NCBI GenBank assembly: GCA_965644315.1
Contig: CBFFRQ010000050.1
Location: forward strand, 62,001-126,000
Length of the DNA stretch: 64,000 nt
DNA from: Caecitellus pseudoparvulus
Lineage: Eukaryota > Protista > Bigyra: Bicosoecida
Direction of reading: 5' to 3'
In this document: piece after piece, positions 61,822 to 64,000 of the stretch
Numbering within the stretch: position 1 is the first letter of the stretch
Layout of the letters: every line of letters begins with the position of its first letter
The notes under the pieces: generated by a model
Seen by the model: only the letters and a program-made list of their open reading frames with translations
What the model was told of the DNA's origin: nothing
Databases searched by the model: none
Program-made: the position numbers and the translations under genes

Positions 61822-64000
61822 TCACTCATCAAGGGAGGTCAAGCCGCCGAAGCGAGTCCCACTCGCGCCCTGTGCTGCAGGAGCACGGGGCTTGGGAGAC
61901 GCAGGGGGTGGCTGGGCACTTGAAGTACCGCTTGAAGGCCTGCCCGCCTCACTGCGGCTGCCTGGCGTGGCGATGGACCTGCTTGCCGAGCGCGACGGCA
62001 AGCCGGGCTGCGGCGCCTCGGGCGCGTCCAGGGCGCCTTCCTCAGCAGGAACCGACTCAGAGCGAGCCTCAGCAGGGGCCTCATCTGCCTTGGTCCGCTT
62101 GGCGTTCCGCAGCAGTGTGCCGGCCATGAGTTTGAGCGCTGAGCGGTCCAGCACCGGGCCGTCCTCTGTGTCCTCTTCGGCCTCCGTTGCGTGGGCGGCA
62201 GAGATGCCCCGCCGCACCACCGGTCGAGGGGGTCCCAGTGCCCCTGGCTCAGAGTCAGCACTCTGCCCGTGCTGGATGGGGCGTGGCACTCGGGAGTGTG
62301 TGGATGTGAAGGGGGTCTGGGCGGGAGGCAGCTTGGCAGCGCCGGTGCCGGGCACACCCTCAGCATCAGCCGGCCCACGGGGCACGCGGAGGTTGTACGG
62401 GGACAAGTACAGGCTCTCGGCCAAGTGCATGTCCAGGCGCATGGAAGGCGGCACGGTGGACCCGGCGCCTGACTCCACGTCATCCCCCCCCTCCGGCCCA
62501 TCATCCACTGACGTCCGGAGCGGGACGGCCAGGGCGTTGGGATTCTCCCCTTGCAGCGCAAAGTTGCGGCGGGTCTCCTGAATCAGCGCCGTCAAGCGCT
62601 GCACCACTGCCTCTGCCACAGTTTCGATGTCGTCGGGCGTTGACACTGCGGGTGTGGACGGCAAGCCCAGCACTCGCTCAGCAGTGCGCCCCAGTCCATC
62701 TTGCACCTGCTGCAGGTACGTGTTGACGAATTGCAGCTGCGAGCGCAGTTGTTCAGTCTCTCGCTGAGCCCGGGCCATGGCGGACTGCCTGTCCATGAGC
62801 ACTTTGTTGGTGGCTCGCAGACCAGGCCCCAGCCCCAGGCTCGCCACCTCCCGCTCAAACTCCGTGAGCTTGTCTCCCAGTTTAGCGATGCGCAGTTCCT
62901 CTGCCCGCCGTCGACGCAGCAAACCACGGCGCACCTCTTCCTGTGCCGCACAGCTCGCCAATACGCCGCCTGCATCCAGCACTGGTGGGTTGAGCAGCAG
63001 GGCCAATGTGTCCAGGTCCAGCGCGCCAAGCGCGGCGGCCTCCTCCCGGCTAGGGAGCTGCAGTGCAGCTTGGTGGCGCAGCACTGCCTCATCCGCCACG
63101 ATGCACTGCTCCTGCTGCCCCAAGCCGTCATACGTCTGCACTGTGATGGTGCGAGGGGGCGGCGGCGCACGCTTCGTGGCTGCCAAGCTGCGAGGGGCCA
63201 GTGCGGGCGCCTGCGCAGCCGTTACCCGCAACAAGCCCATGTCTCGCAACGCTTGCACAAGGGCGATTTCAGTGGTGGGGCGCCGGGTCACTGGCACTGG
63301 CAGAGCGTTGGTTTCCTGCGCTTTGCCAGGCACAGCCTCGCTTCGCGCCGTGCTCGCCCTGTCTCCACCTGCCAGGTTGGACCGTGGGCCTTGGGCGCTT
63401 CGGGGGGTGGTTCCCCGTCGGCTAGAAAGTGGCTGCAGGCGAGCCGGGCGCACTGCAGCGTGCGGGGCAGGTGCCGTGGCGGGTGAGCTGGCTGAGGGAG
63501 GCGTGTGACTGGGCCCGATGGCCTCCTGCACTCGCTTCTGCACGTCCACCGTGCTGGCTTGCTGGCGCTGGATGACGGTGCCGAGGAAATCCGAGAAGCC
63601 TTGTTTCTGGGACAGGAACGCCTTTTGCTGCTTGATCTCAGCCAGCCACACGTCCTTCACCTCGGCAGCCTCCCGCCGCACCTTAGCCAGGCGCTGCTTG
63701 GAGCCACGCAGGGCAGCCTCGGCCGCAGACCGCGTCTTGGACAGCACCGCATGCTTGGAGCGCTCCTCCGCCAGAGCATCTTCCAGGGAGTGCAGGTGCC
63801 GCCGCAGCTGCACCGTCTCCTCCACCAAGCGGTCCAGCATGTGGGACACGGTGGCCCCTCGCACCTGCACCTCAGCGATGGCGCCCTGCTGCTTCTCCAG
63901 CTTCCGACTCAAAGCCCCCACAAAGGCCCTCTTGTCTGTCACAGATGCACTGGGTTTGAGGCCGTCGTGGCTCAGCGCTGTCTGGGCGTGAGCGGCGCTC
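61822..64000 (-). CDS. Coiled-coil protein of unknown function; 5' end probably outside the window
   Basis: 706-aa ORF with heptad-like helical segments and low-complexity linkers. Confidence 0.6.
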   Translation of the reverse strand, partial: SAAHAQTALSHDGLKPSASVTDKRAFVGALSRKLEKQQGAIAEVQVRGATVSHMLDRLVEETVQLRRHLHSLEDALAEERSKHAVLSKTRSAAEAALRGSKQRLAKVRREAAEVKDVWLAEIKQQKAFLSQKQGFSDFLGTVIQRQQASTVDVQKRVQEAIGPSHTPPSASSPATAPAPHAAVRPARLQPLSSRRGTTPRSAQGPRSNLAGGDRASTARSEAVPGKAQETNALPVPVTRRPTTEIALVQALRDMGLLRVTAAQAPALAPRSLAATKRAPPPPRTITVQTYDGLGQQEQCIVADEAVLRHQAALQLPSREEAAALGALDLDTLALLLNPPVLDAGGVLASCAAQEEVRRGLLRRRRAEELRIAKLGDKLTEFEREVASLGLGPGLRATNKVLMDRQSAMARAQRETEQLRSQLQFVNTYLQQVQDGLGRTAERVLGLPSTPAVSTPDDIETVAEAVVQRLTALIQETRRNFALQGENPNALAVPLRTSVDDGPEGGDDVESGAGSTVPPSMRLDMHLAESLYLSPYNLRVPRGPADAEGVPGTGAAKLPPAQTPFTSTHSRVPRPIQHGQSADSEPGALGPPRPVVRRGISAAHATEAEEDTEDGPVLDRSALKLMAGTLLRNAKRTKADEAPAEARSESVPAEEGALDAPEAPQPGLPSRSASRSIATPGSRSEAGRPSSGTSSAQPPPASPKPRAPAAQGASGTRFGGLTSLDE

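Overview
Compact, GC-rich eukaryotic DNA with many short GT-AG introns. It is most plausibly a stramenopile protist, an inference from the mastigoneme-type EGF protein. About 17 protein-coding loci are present; I found no RNA genes, CRISPR array or transposase. The dominant feature is three intronless ~3,100-aa paralogous surface receptors: signal peptide, N-domain, two RCC1/BLIP-II-like propellers, IPT/TIG repeats, FN3-like domain, Cys-rich domain and a multi-TM C-terminus. Genes A (-) and B (+) are head-to-head and form a nested double inverted repeat with near-identical inner 666-bp arms (13007-13672 / 14962-15627) and outer 5,160-bp arms (4754-9913 / 18769-23928). These arms bracket strongly divergent ~3.1-kb RCC1 cassettes, and canonical G-quadruplex motifs lie at or near both cassette borders. 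Gene C is divergent but carries a ~540-bp near-identical patch. The layout suggests a constant/variable receptor-diversification or inversion-switch system. Other genes: tandem-chromodomain protein, Cys-rich secreted protein, SDR, NUP50-like, mastigoneme-like EGF protein, ET-like GIY-YIG protein, a giant tandem-repeat/coiled-coil protein, JHY-like, CEP164-like WW protein, HS6ST-like sulfotransferase, M48 peptidase, ACAD10/11, TMEM258/OST5, an STI1-domain protein and a coiled-coil protein. All family calls come from motif recognition by eye; no database searches were run.
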